The notes below the pieces were generated by a model. That model was not told the origin of the DNA. It did no database searches and was given only the letters and a program-made list of their open reading frames with translations. 64,000 nt of DNA, taken from Fimicolochytrium jonesii. Lineage: Eukaryota. A program made the translations under genes and the position numbers. Numbering within the stretch: position 1 is the stretch's first letter; each line of letters starts with the position of its first letter. Shown here in pieces: positions 24,728-35,450 of the stretch. The stretch lies in contig NW_026515674.1 of the NCBI RefSeq assembly GCF_025526975.1, positions 806,001-870,000 of the forward strand, read 5' to 3'.

Positions 24728-26075
24728 ACGGATTGTTGAGTGAGAGTAGAAGTGCGGAGCCTGGAGCATTGTGAGGGTTGATAGGACGGCTGAGGTGGAT
24801 GGAAGATGACCGACCCTGCTGCTATTTGATATTGGAGACATATTCTCGCTTCGCTTTTTCGTTTCTTGGCATTTTCGCATTGTAACTCGACTCCCTCCCT
24901 CTTCTCAACTCGGATTGGATTGGATACGCCACCCGACGATGGGATACATATACCCCGCCGCCTCCCGCCGCGACAAGCCCCCAGAAATCAACGAACTTTG
25001 ATTTTGAGATACCCCGCGCGGTTTTATGTAGATAGCTTAGCAGATCAGTTTCTTCTCTCTGGCTTGTCTTTTTTTTTTTGGATAGCACATGGAAATATAT
25101 CGGAAGCCATTCCGGGAGGTCTTTTGCGAAGAATGAGACGTGGCGGCCGTGATTTTATGGCTTCGGACTAATTTGCTGACGTGACATCTTAATTCATGTT
25201 CAGTTCGGACGCGTTGCTGGTTCCGACTGCCGCTGTCCTGCCTCAGTAGAAAACACCGGTTTCACACGGAAAGCAAATCTCTGTGTACATGGATTCGGGG
25301 GACGCATGATGAACGACTTTGTTGGGAAACCATAGCATTCACAGAAACCATTTACCTGGGTCAGACCGGACTGCTGGTGTGGTCTCACTTCGGACATCCC
25401 TTCCAACAACGCGTCGAAAACCGCGTCGAGTCCGCCCAGTTGTCTAGGGACGGTCCAGCTAACGAAGGGTCTTGGGATATCCCAGCCTCAGCATCCGCCG
25501 CCGCACCGCACTACTCTATTGCCTCAAACGGACGCCGCCTACTCTCCCCTGCCATCCGCGCCTTGCAGACTCCGGCTGTAGTTTCGACGACAACGCCCGC
25601 AGGTCCCGTACAGTGCCCGCAGTCTCGGCAGGATACAAATCAATCATTTGAGAGAAGGGTGGGGACCATCCACATTTCGACTGCAATTTACCAGGAAACG
25701 CGAAACTGTGGCCGGTGGGCTTTCCTGTTCCTTGTGGTCCGACGATGTTTTTGTGCCTATCCAACCCGCAAAGCATGCATTGCTATACAGACTTGAGCTT
25801 GAAGGGAAGCAGACCTGGAAACGCGACGTGTGGCATTTCTCCCGCTACGCGTTGTCCGAAACTGTCGCGATGTCCGTAACCTCTCTTTCTCTTCCGCGGT
25901 GAGAGAAACAGGTTGTTCAGTCTGAATGCTGGAAGAGGTGGAATTGGGGCACATAGTCATCACATGTCCAATGTCCGTATTACTCCGACTCACAGGTATA
26001 AATCCCTCACTATATATACATCTGCATGGCAGCGTCCCCTTCCCCCTCGCCCCACTCATCCCCCCGGTTCCGAAT

Positions 26076-29000
26076 CTAATCAACCGCAAAATGCGTATGC
26101 CTCTCCTTCGGACTCATCCCACTCCTCGGTATCATCTCGTCCCTCGTCGCGGGCACAACCAACGCACTCCTCGGCAACGACACCCGTCTTTGCCCCAACA
26201 TCCCCGACGCCGGCGGCCCCAACATACCCCCCGACGACACCGAAGACGATGATATCGTCGGTAACGCCGCCGACAGCCTCCTCCCTATTCCCCCTTGCGG
26301 GGCAGACCCGTACAACGGTCCACTACCCCCTTTTTCTAACCACCCATCCACACCCTCCCCTGGCGGCGGTATGGGTATCGCCCCCTCCCCCTCCCCCTCG
26401 ACAAAAGACTCCGTCAACCCCGACTCCCCACTCTCCCCACTCTCGACCGAATCAATCCCCGCCTCACCCCACTCCCCCGTCCCCACAACCCCCTGCGGCC
26501 CAACACCCGCACCCGCACCCGCCGGACACCATAGCGCCTGATCGCTCGCGCTCAAATCCCCCGCCTCCGCCACAAGATCCGGCCGCAGTTCGCCTGTCTC
26601 TTTCACGACGTCGGATACCGTGTGGTCTAGTAACCGCCGGAAGGTCGAGTAGTCGCCGTCGGCGAGCTGCGAGAGGGTTTGGAGCAGGGGTTTGCAGACC
26701 ACGAGGGATTTCTGGAGTGTGGGGTGCGTGCTGGGTGGGTGGAGGAGGGTGTATTCGAGGAGGAGGCGGCGGAGGTTCTGGGGTTGCGAGGGAAGGGTGA
26801 GATATGGGCATGGAGGGTTGGATTATGTGTGTGTGTGTTTTTTTTTTACATACCTCGTTGAAGAGGATATTATCCAACGCGTTGCGCGAGTTGCCTTTGT
26901 AGAGTGAGGACCGCCGTGATGCGGATTGACTCCTTACCGACGAATGCGAGCCTGATTTCGCGGCACTACCCAAACTCAAACCATCAGCATGAATCCTAAA
27001 GCTCCAAGATTCCCCATCGCTTCCCCTTGCACATTACTTGAAAGCCCTAAAAAGCTTGAAGATCGCGCCAATAGTCCGCCGTCGTTCCTTGATAAACTTC
27101 GCCGGGTACATCCGATGGCTCACATACAACCCGCCCACAATAATCACCACCCACCCCGCGATCGTGATGGGGACCACATAGTCCGGGTTAAGCGACATGC
27201 CGGCGAAGATCCAGCCGATCAAGGCTACCCAGGAGGCGAGCAGGGAGGCGAGGGAGCGGTAGAGGGGCATCCAGGGGACGTTGCAGGGCTTACTGGAGGA
27301 GATAGGGGTTAGTGAAAGGGGAGGGGAGGAGAGGGGACAGGAGGGGGAGACGTACGTGAGGAATACGCCGATGGCGAAGAGGAGGTTGACGACGAAGATG
27401 CCGCCGAGATAGAGTGTTTTGTTGGAGTCTTGGAGGAAGGCTTGCCAGAGAACGAGTAGGAACTTGATGAGGTGGTCGGTGGCGAAGAAGAGTCCGTCCC
27501 ATCTGAAAGCAAAAGAATGCGGCATGTCGGATGAACGCCCGTTTGACAACGGATCCCTTCACATCTCACCACCAGCATGCACAGACGTACTTGATCTCAT
27601 TCTTGCCAATATCCTGCCACACCACCCTCGTCACCAAATTCATCGGCACAAACAAGTCGATCAAGACGGCGCCGATAATACTCATGGACCAATGCCTCGC
27701 ACTCGTCCAACACTCCACCTCGCACAACGCGCTCATCCTTGCCACCGCAGGCGTATACCTGCACCCCAACGGCGCCAACAGGGTCGTCGTCGCAGGCACA
27801 TAGCCCACCGTCCCCAACAACGGCAACAACGCCTCAGCGGGGTACAACAGAATATGACCGATGGAACTCTGGTTTATCCGCTGAGCGATGTTGGAGAGGA
27901 TGAGCAGGGTGAAGATGTTCCAGAGGAGGATAGCGGAACCGAACACCCAGAACGTCCATGCGACGCTGAAGTTGCCCGCGAGGAAGGTGGCTCCGCGCGC
28001 GACGGTGTCCCATTGCGGGATGACGTGGAAAGCGAATTCGCAGAGTTGGACGGTTTCCACGGCGACGAACAGGAGGGAGAGGTAGTTGGTCTGGTTGGGG
28101 AACAAAGATCAACAACCCACAACGACCCCCTTCCACCCCTCTGCCCTGTTGTTTCGACGTACCAAATTCCCGCGAACAAGCTCCTTCCTCACCCTCGACG
28201 GCCATTTTGCCCTAACCTTATCCCGAAACTGCAGCCTCACACTAAACCAGAACGCAATTAACAGCGATACCAGCAGCGTGCCGAGCGCCACTAGGGTGAA
28301 CATCGCGCCCGATTGGGAGACTTGGAAGGCGACGCGGGAGTGCAGGACCGTCATGAAGGGGGACATGGTTGAGATGTAGGTTTCGCAGGGGGGTGCTGTG
28401 CGGGGAGGTGAGAGAACATGAGGGGGGGTATGGGAGATGCGGAGGATGGGAGATGGGGAGATGGGAGATGTTGAATGAATACGTACCCGGAGCGTCAGCA
28501 GGAACGTTATGCGTCCCGTCCCGGAACGTAGCCTGTGTCTGCAGCACCAACGTCGTATCTCTCACCGTCCCGTTGCCGAGCACGGTAGCGGTCCCGTCTC
28601 GCATGTTCGACACCTGATACGTCCTGCCCCAACAAGATGATATCAGTCCAGCTCCCACACTCATCGCAACGTGAAATGATAAACGAGGAAACCCTACCCA
28701 TCCCTCGAGAGCGTCTCCGAATCAAAAAACACCGGCCCCGTCGCGCCCAGGAACCCTTCTACGCTTCCCAGCAACGCCGTCAGGTTCTTGGAGTAGTTTC
28801 CGGCTGCGATTGAGGAGAGAGGGGTTTGGGAGTCCAGGAGGGAGCGCCAGATGTGCGCGAAGGCCCAGATACAGTCGTAGACGAACCTATGGGAGTGAGT
28901 GGGGGTAAATGTGGCGAGGGGGGTCGGTGAGTATGGGGGAAAGCGGGAGGGAGAGGAGGGAGGCTTACATGGATTGGATGTAGGGGGTGCCCATGTTGCG

Positions 29001-30653
29001 GTCGGTGAACCTGCGGAATGGGATGAGATGAGGTGAGATGTTGGGGCTTGAGTGGGGCAGGCGACAGGTGATAGCGCTTACGAAACCCAAGTAACCTACA
29101 TCTGCAGGACCTGCTCGTACAGTGGGCCATCGCCTTCCACTGGGAGAGGGATGAATAGCATCAAATCACTGTCAAAGAAACATGGCTCGTGAAGTCCACC
29201 GAACACGCAGACATAAGCACACACCTGAACCGCTCACAATGAACCCGTCCAACAGGTGATAGTCCGGCGGCTCCATCTGCGCCGGCGCCCATAACGCCGC
29301 TTCGACCGCTAGCCATACGTATTCTCGGGCGAGCAGTCCGGCGTCCCTAGAGTTGCGAGTAGGGGCAAAACGGAAGAGGATATCAGGGTACAGTTCGGTG
29401 AATTGTCCTCATCGTCTCCCCCGTGAGTCTTCCCAAACGGCATCCCCCGGGCCGCATGCACGCCACCACACATCCTCGCCACCCACACACCTCGCGACCG
29501 GCAAAATATCCACCAAATCATCCTCCCGATTCCCAACCCATATAATAATCCTCGCCTTGCTCTCCGCAATCGACTTGATCGCTGGTCGGTAGTATTTCGG
29601 GTAGTACTGCTCGATGCTGAGCACCCGGATGTCGTTGGCAGCGGCTAGGGCGGAGAACATCGTTACGACTGCGTGGGAGCGGTGAGTGATCTGAGAGTGG
29701 GAGAAAATCAGGTGGGGAGGGGGACTTACTGCCTTTGGCTGCGGTGGAGAAGAGGTGTTAGTGACGTGGCGGAGAAGGGGTGTCAAGAGGCGGAGACATA
29801 CCATAATCAGAGTTGTCATACATCATGGCTGTCTAGCAATGACACGAGGAAACGGGTGAATGTGAGCACAAACGTGGCTTTTGGCTAAGGTGTCCAACCG
29901 AAAAAAAACAAGGTTAAGCCTAACCTGCGCCCAGTTATAGTACTGGAAGATGCGCAGGAACGCCGTTGCATGCATCTGGTCGGAGGGAATCGTCCTATGA
30001 GCAAAACGAGTGTGGATAATAGTTATAGCTTGTGTGGTCGGGCTGCATGGAAAAGCGGGGCCTGACAGAGCGCACCTGAAGAAAAATGGGTACTTTTCCT
30101 TATTGTCGAAATCGCTGGCGGTCGCTGTTGACCCGCATATCGGGATCTGGAGGTAGCCAGTTGCGAGCGCGGGGCCGATTGTTACGCCGGATGTTATGTC
30201 GCCTGTCGGCAACGAGGGAAGAAAAGAAAGTCAGCCGATGGGCGTCCCAAATCTCCCGCAGGGAGTGACTGTCCCCACCGCGCAAAACCGACCTACAAGC
30301 CCAATCGCCCCATCCTTCGCCAAATCCAACGCATTGCTCATCCCCTCCCGCACCATATCCTGCGAGTCCCTCGGATCAAGCTGTATATACGCGTCGGCAG
30401 GCAGGAGCGACGTAGCGGAGATCATATCGATCGCCAGTTGCATCGTCTCGAAGTACGCATTCGAGTAGTTCAGCGGGTCCACGAAGTGCACGTTGGTGAA
30501 GGGCAATATCACCCCGAGCTTGAGCACTGTCGCGTTGGGTGGTGGCGTGCTGACGGTCGCGCATCGTGTTGGTGGTGGTGAGAGGAGGACGGTGAGGAGG
30601 AGGGCGGTGAAGATCGGAGCGCATGACGAGCGGAAGTGGCTAGGATGTCGCAT
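26076..30653 (-). CDS. Receptor-like membrane protein: signal peptide, Venus-flytrap (ANF_receptor-type) domain, ~9 TM helices, cytoplasmic tail; many exons
   Basis: Signal peptide MRHPSHF...LLLTVLLS; LKLGVILPF...MQLAIDMI...IGLV|GDITSGVT...IPICGSTATASDFDNKEKYPFFFR|TIPSD...FQYYNW is a typical VFT signature. TM-rich exons lie at 27034-28330. Spliced joins (FK|IHADGLSLG, LFNE|NLRRLL) reach the stop at 26076. Confidence 0.8.
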
Positions 30654-31468
30654 AGCTTCATTGAGAGCCTCCTCCACCTCTAGCTATCCCGCGAGCCTGT
30701 CGTGTGTTGAGCAGAATGGTACGTATACTCGAACAACGGCAAACCTGGCTGAGAGAACAGAAAACCGTTCGGAAGGATAACAGTTGAGGCAAAACCGCAG
30801 AAAACGGCAACGGCGGGCGTAAGACTGAAGCCAAATTAGAGGGTTTTCGATGAAGTATTCAGGTTTGATCGGAACAGTGAGTCGTGGATTCGATCGGTTA
30901 CGGGGGCGGTTTTCAGGGGTTGCCTCCTGAGACCGGAAATGAAAAACGAGTCACTGGAGCTAATAATGTGGTCAATGCCTTGCACTTCTTTCAGTCGGAT
31001 ATCGACCGGCGCGGGGCTGGGATCTAGTTTTGAGTGAGCGGGTCTTTTGGAGTTTTCGGGGCCGGACGGAACTTCCTGAAAGAGTTTGTAGGATGGATGC
31101 GGAAACTTCGATGGGACGGTGAAAACAGAGAGGAAGCATAGTCCGCCGTCGGGGCGTCTTTGTTAGTTTGGGCGCCAACGTGTCCATTGGCTACTTTACA
31201 GGTCAGGAGGAAACTCAATCAATGTTAAACTTCATCGCCGAGCGGAGTTCCAATTCACACGCTGTCGAATCTGCATTGGTCGAGTCATGTGACTTGTGTG
31301 CTTATGTAAAAAGATCGGACTTCCCGCGTCCGAAAACCCGTCGGGTGCGCGCGAGGTGAGCTGATGGCGATGGGTGATTTGTGTCCTGCCACATACATAT
31401 AAAGGACGGCAATGGTCGTAAGTCCGGCACCAATAATTCTCCTTCTCCGTCGGCGTAAACAGTGCAAG

Positions 31469-32848
31469 ATGGCCGTCGGAAGGGAAACCCAGCTTAAGAC
31501 CCGCACACGAAGCGATGTGCAAATACCGCAGCGGAGGGCATTACCGTCGGGCCTTATCGATATCACTCTCGCCCTGGGGCACCTCGCCATAATAGCGACG
31601 CACGCGATGACATTTGGAGGCTCGGTGTTTAAGGACCAGGAAGCGTTTAAGAAATGGTTCCCTAAGCAGTCGTCGCCGGCACATTACGTATTCAACTATG
31701 GCATGCTCGGCGTGGAGGTTTTCTTGTTCTTGAGCGGGTTCCTCGCTTGTCGGGCTTTGCTTCGAGCGCAGTCTATGGACGGACCTAGATTCAGCAAGAG
31801 GGAGTTCTACAAGCACCGATTGCTGCGATTGTATCCGACGCTGCTGAGCACCTCGCTTTTAACAATGCTTCTGAGGGCGGCAGAGAACCCAAAGCATGTG
31901 GAGATGAGTGCCGTGCTGCGTGATCTGACATTCACGACGAATCTCTATCCCGCAAGCACGGCCATGAACTCGATGCTGTGGAGTACAGCCGTCGACTTTC
32001 AGTGCTACCTCCTAGCACCGTTCGCTCTTCCCCTGCTACAAAAGCTGGTCCTGAAGAGCGGAATCAGGCCTCGATCGAGGTACATTGCGATGATCATCGT
32101 CGCTTCAACGGCGATGCGTTATTTCTGCAACACGTTCATGGACACGGCCCTCTTCAAGAGCCTTATGGACATGGCGACGATGAGTATGTCAGATCTCCTG
32201 GTCCTAAGTCCGTCAGAGTGGACAGCCTACATGAAGCCTCTTGACTGTATGTTTGGCGTTCTAGGACTCTACTCGAGCATCCTGTTCCGCTCGCTTCCCT
32301 TCGTCCTCGGTATGCTGTTGTACATTAACTGGGACGATCGCCGATCCCACCCACAGACCAACACCTCCAACTTCATGTGGGTGCCTTACGCGCTCCTCAT
32401 GTCCCCGCCCGTCAGCGAAAAGCTGATGCAGCATTTCGGATACCACTACAACGAATGGCTCTTCGTCCTCCTCCTCCCGCAATTCTGCGGTTTCGCCTAC
32501 CACATCCTCGACACCCTCTTCGACCTCGCCCCCGCATGGCAAAGCCGATTCGACGTCATCGCCACTCGGGGTGGGTTCTCATGGATCGCGCGGCAATCAT
32601 TCACCAGCTATCTCCTGCACAGTCCCATTGTCGGGGGTATAGTCATCGCCGCGCACGGGAAGGCGGAGGGACCGCCGTCGTACCTCCCGGTGATGATTGT
32701 GTGGGTCGCCGCCTCTGTTATTTCGTTAACGGTGTCGTGGGGGTTCAATCAGGTGGTTGTTGGACCCATTGATAAAGCGTTGACGGGACTTACGGTAGGT
32801 AAGGACAAGAGGGAGAGACGGGAAGCTGGGATAAAGAAGGATCTGTGA
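31469..32848 (+). CDS. Acyltransferase-3 (OafA-like) integral membrane O-acyltransferase, intronless
   Basis: Motifs GVEVFLFLSGFL, FYKHRLLRLYP, LWSTAVDFQCYL and SFTSYLLH; multiple TM segments. Confidence 0.88.
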   Translation: MAVGRETQLKTRTRSDVQIPQRRALPSGLIDITLALGHLAIIATHAMTFGGSVFKDQEAFKKWFPKQSSPAHYVFNYGMLGVEVFLFLSGFLACRALLRAQSMDGPRFSKREFYKHRLLRLYPTLLSTSLLTMLLRAAENPKHVEMSAVLRDLTFTTNLYPASTAMNSMLWSTAVDFQCYLLAPFALPLLQKLVLKSGIRPRSRYIAMIIVASTAMRYFCNTFMDTALFKSLMDMATMSMSDLLVLSPSEWTAYMKPLDCMFGVLGLYSSILFRSLPFVLGMLLYINWDDRRSHPQTNTSNFMWVPYALLMSPPVSEKLMQHFGYHYNEWLFVLLLPQFCGFAYHILDTLFDLAPAWQSRFDVIATRGGFSWIARQSFTSYLLHSPIVGGIVIAAHGKAEGPPSYLPVMIVWVAASVISLTVSWGFNQVVVGPIDKALTGLTVGKDKRERREAGIKKDL

Positions 32849-32867
32849 GGATGGGGAGACGCTTCAG
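32797..32867 (+). repeat. 71-bp direct repeat, copy 1 (includes the acyltransferase stop codon)
   Basis: aggtaaggacaagagggagagacg...gacgcttcag recurs at 34710-34780 with 2 mismatches. Confidence 0.95.
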
Positions 32868-33273
32868 ACTGGGGATTGATCCCAGACTCCGAAGTCAATT
32901 GCGTCTGTTCCTGGGCCCTTTGGTGCTCGGCGTCATTCAGGATGGTTGATGGGATTTCGATGAGAGTCGTGCGCTCCTGACCACCATGGGCTCCTGTCGC
33001 GTCTCCCTGGATGAGCTCCTCAACAGCGCCTCCTGTGGAGACGGGACCCTCGTACCTGGCGTTGTCCACCGGATCCTCACCGCGATGGTCAGGGACGGGG
33101 TCGGAAGTAAGACTGGGCACGCGGTAGGCGGTCTTGCGCGTCACCCACGCAGGGAGGTCTACCGTCGAGTTGGGGTTCACCAGATAGGGATTGGCCTCAG
33201 CAGGGGACTTGCCCGCGAGGAGCCCTTCCTTAATGTGCTCGACTCCCTTGATCTGTCTAGCCGTAGATGTCAT
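32868..33273 (-). pseudogene. Probable truncated coding fragment (MTSTARQIKGVEHIKEGLLAGK...)
   Basis: Protein-like ATG ORF that runs into the 71-bp repeat and then into the acyltransferase antisense strand. No domain recognised. Confidence 0.35.
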
Positions 33274-33587
33274 GATTGCTATAGTGTTTGATCTGTTGCT
33301 CTGTTTGGTTTCTACCAGTCTCTGACAAACAAATTTCAAAAGGTCCTTGTGTTTGTTCAGAATAGACTGATTCTTCAGTAAGACCGCCGCGCTCGTGAAG
33401 GAACGCGCCTGGATCTCGTCCCTCGTCACTTTCAAACTCCGCTCGCCGACAGCGAAGACGATCGCCGCGGCAGCTTGGCTGGTTGGCGAGACAAACTCTC
33501 GACAAACACACAAAAGCCCTCATATCCCCCCACAAAGTTCCCACAGGGCCGTCACCTCGTCCACTGGGAGCAAGAAAAAAAGACATC

Positions 33588-34449
33588 ATGTCTCGTCATT
33601 TACGAGCTCAGCGAAAGTGGCTGCAGAACAACAAACGCAAGTTAGCGGACGAGGCGGAAGAGCCGCTGAAGGCAAAGTTAAATAAACTCTGGCAGCGTGC
33701 GGAGAGTCTCGACCAAGCCGGAGTGGACGATTACGCCAACTTCCTCGACGTTGTGTTCGACAATCCGACAATCAAGACCGGTGCGAGCAGTTAGAACTCC
33801 GTATACAAGAGCTGGAGGAGAAGCTGTTGAAAGCTACGAGTGACATTGAAGACCTGAAGAACGACAACGAAGACCTGAAGAACGACAACAGACAACTGAA
33901 CGCTACCCTCGATGCGCAGGCACGATCCGCGCTCCGGCGACAGATTGCCATCAACATCGATTGGGAGGTGAAGATGGACTTCCTCCAGCTGACATCCGAA
34001 GACAAAACGGCGTCGATGAAGTACGGCTACGGACCGCGCAAGGGTCAATCCAAAGGCGTTGTCTTCGGATGCCAGCTGGAGGAAGTCCATCTAAACTGCC
34101 GCTACACAAGGCAATCGAATGGGCACAGGTAGCGGCTGAGAAAGAGGATCTGAACGATGTGATGGAGACGTGGTTTGGCCCGCCGGAGAACGGAAAATCA
34201 GAGATGTTCAAAGGCACTATGGAGTCCTTGAAGCAGTTCTCTGTGGACCCTCATCCCATAGCCTACAAAGGGGTTCCGGTGGATGCCAATATGGCTAGGG
34301 AACTGGTTCAGGGCATCAAGGAAGAGTTCCTGGTCGACGTGGCTGTGGAGTATGTAGGAAAATTGGAGATTCGCCGGAATCAATCGGGTCAGACATTGTT
34401 TCTGTTCTCCCATGGCCATGAAGATACGGGGGAACGAACCATGATATGA
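33588..34449 (+). pseudogene. Disrupted coiled-coil protein gene of unknown family
   Basis: Three consecutive protein-like segments in different frames (MSRHLRAQRKW...; LELRIQELEEKLLKATSDIEDLKNDNEDLKNDN...; KLPLHKAIEWAQV...). The second break coincides with an inverted duplication. Confidence 0.6.
33972..34092. repeat. 34-bp inverted repeat with 53-nt spacer
   Basis: 33972-34005 agatggacttcctccagctgacatccgaagacaa is the reverse complement of 34059-34092 with one mismatch. Confidence 0.95.
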
Positions 34450-34709
34450 TACTCATAGGCGGTAAGAAGTCACAAGGGCCGTCGACACAGCTATCCATCA
34501 GCAGCCCCGTGGGTCGACATTTGTACTTCGGACACCACGTCGCTGTAAAGTGCCAAACTTCCGTATAGCCACGTTGTCGAAGTTGGTCATACTCGATTGA
34601 GCCGTACTCTGTCACAATATAGTTTTCACCCATAGTCTACTTCTGATGATAGGGTTTCCCTTTGGTGGTGTCTGTGTCTGAAAGACATCAAAGTCCGCTT
34701 CGACCCGAC

Positions 34710-34780
34710 AGGTAAGGACAAGAGGGAGAGACGAGAAGCTGGGATAAAAAAGGATCTGTGAGGATGGGGAGACGCTTCAG
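34710..34780 (+). repeat. 71-bp direct repeat, copy 2
   Basis: Matches 32797-32867 except for two G>A differences. Confidence 0.95.
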
Positions 34781-35450
34781 GGACAAAGGGAGGTTGGGTG
34801 TTTGATCCATGTATCTACAGTATATTGCATCATTTCCATACTGGTACGGGGGATCAGACCCTGTTGAAGCTTGAACGTGTAGGATATTGCCGCCTTGACT
34901 TCGGCATTTAGCCTCGAGGCACATAGGAATCGAACAGGCAAACCAAACCAAGTGGGCTTTGTCGCTTCACCTGCGTCCCCCTGCGATGAGGGACCGGCAA
35001 AGACGACATCGCGCGCGCTGGACTCTGCGCGCGTATAGGTACTCCCTTTGCGGTTTGTTTCTTGGCGAACCTTTGGACCATGAATAAAAATTGGCCTTCA
35101 ACCTCGTTCATTGGAACGTACAGTACTACGGACCATACGACGAGAGGCTTTCAGGTCGAAATAACACTGCCCGAGGAACATCCGATGTGAGTGTTCCACA
35201 TGCGTACGTACAAGCGCGTTGGAGCTTTTGAAGACGCCGCGCGTCCCCGTTGAATTACAGTAACTGCTTGGCAAATGCTTGGCACATCGGATTTCCGACC
35301 AAGGAACGTTGCAGACAGTTTTCCAGGATATCATTGTTCGAAAAAGGTATAAATGCGAAACGGGTGGCAATGCTCCCTTTTCGCAGCAAGGCAGTTCCGC
35401 ATCTGTGTGCTTCTTCAAGGACCTTTCTACCACATCCATCCATTTGCACA

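Noticed and set aside
35250..35450. N-terminal extension of the MICAL-like ORF
   Set aside because: The ORF caller used a non-ATG start. The region looks like 5' UTR, and ATG 35451 precedes the first helical, protein-like segment (a nearby ATG cannot be excluded).
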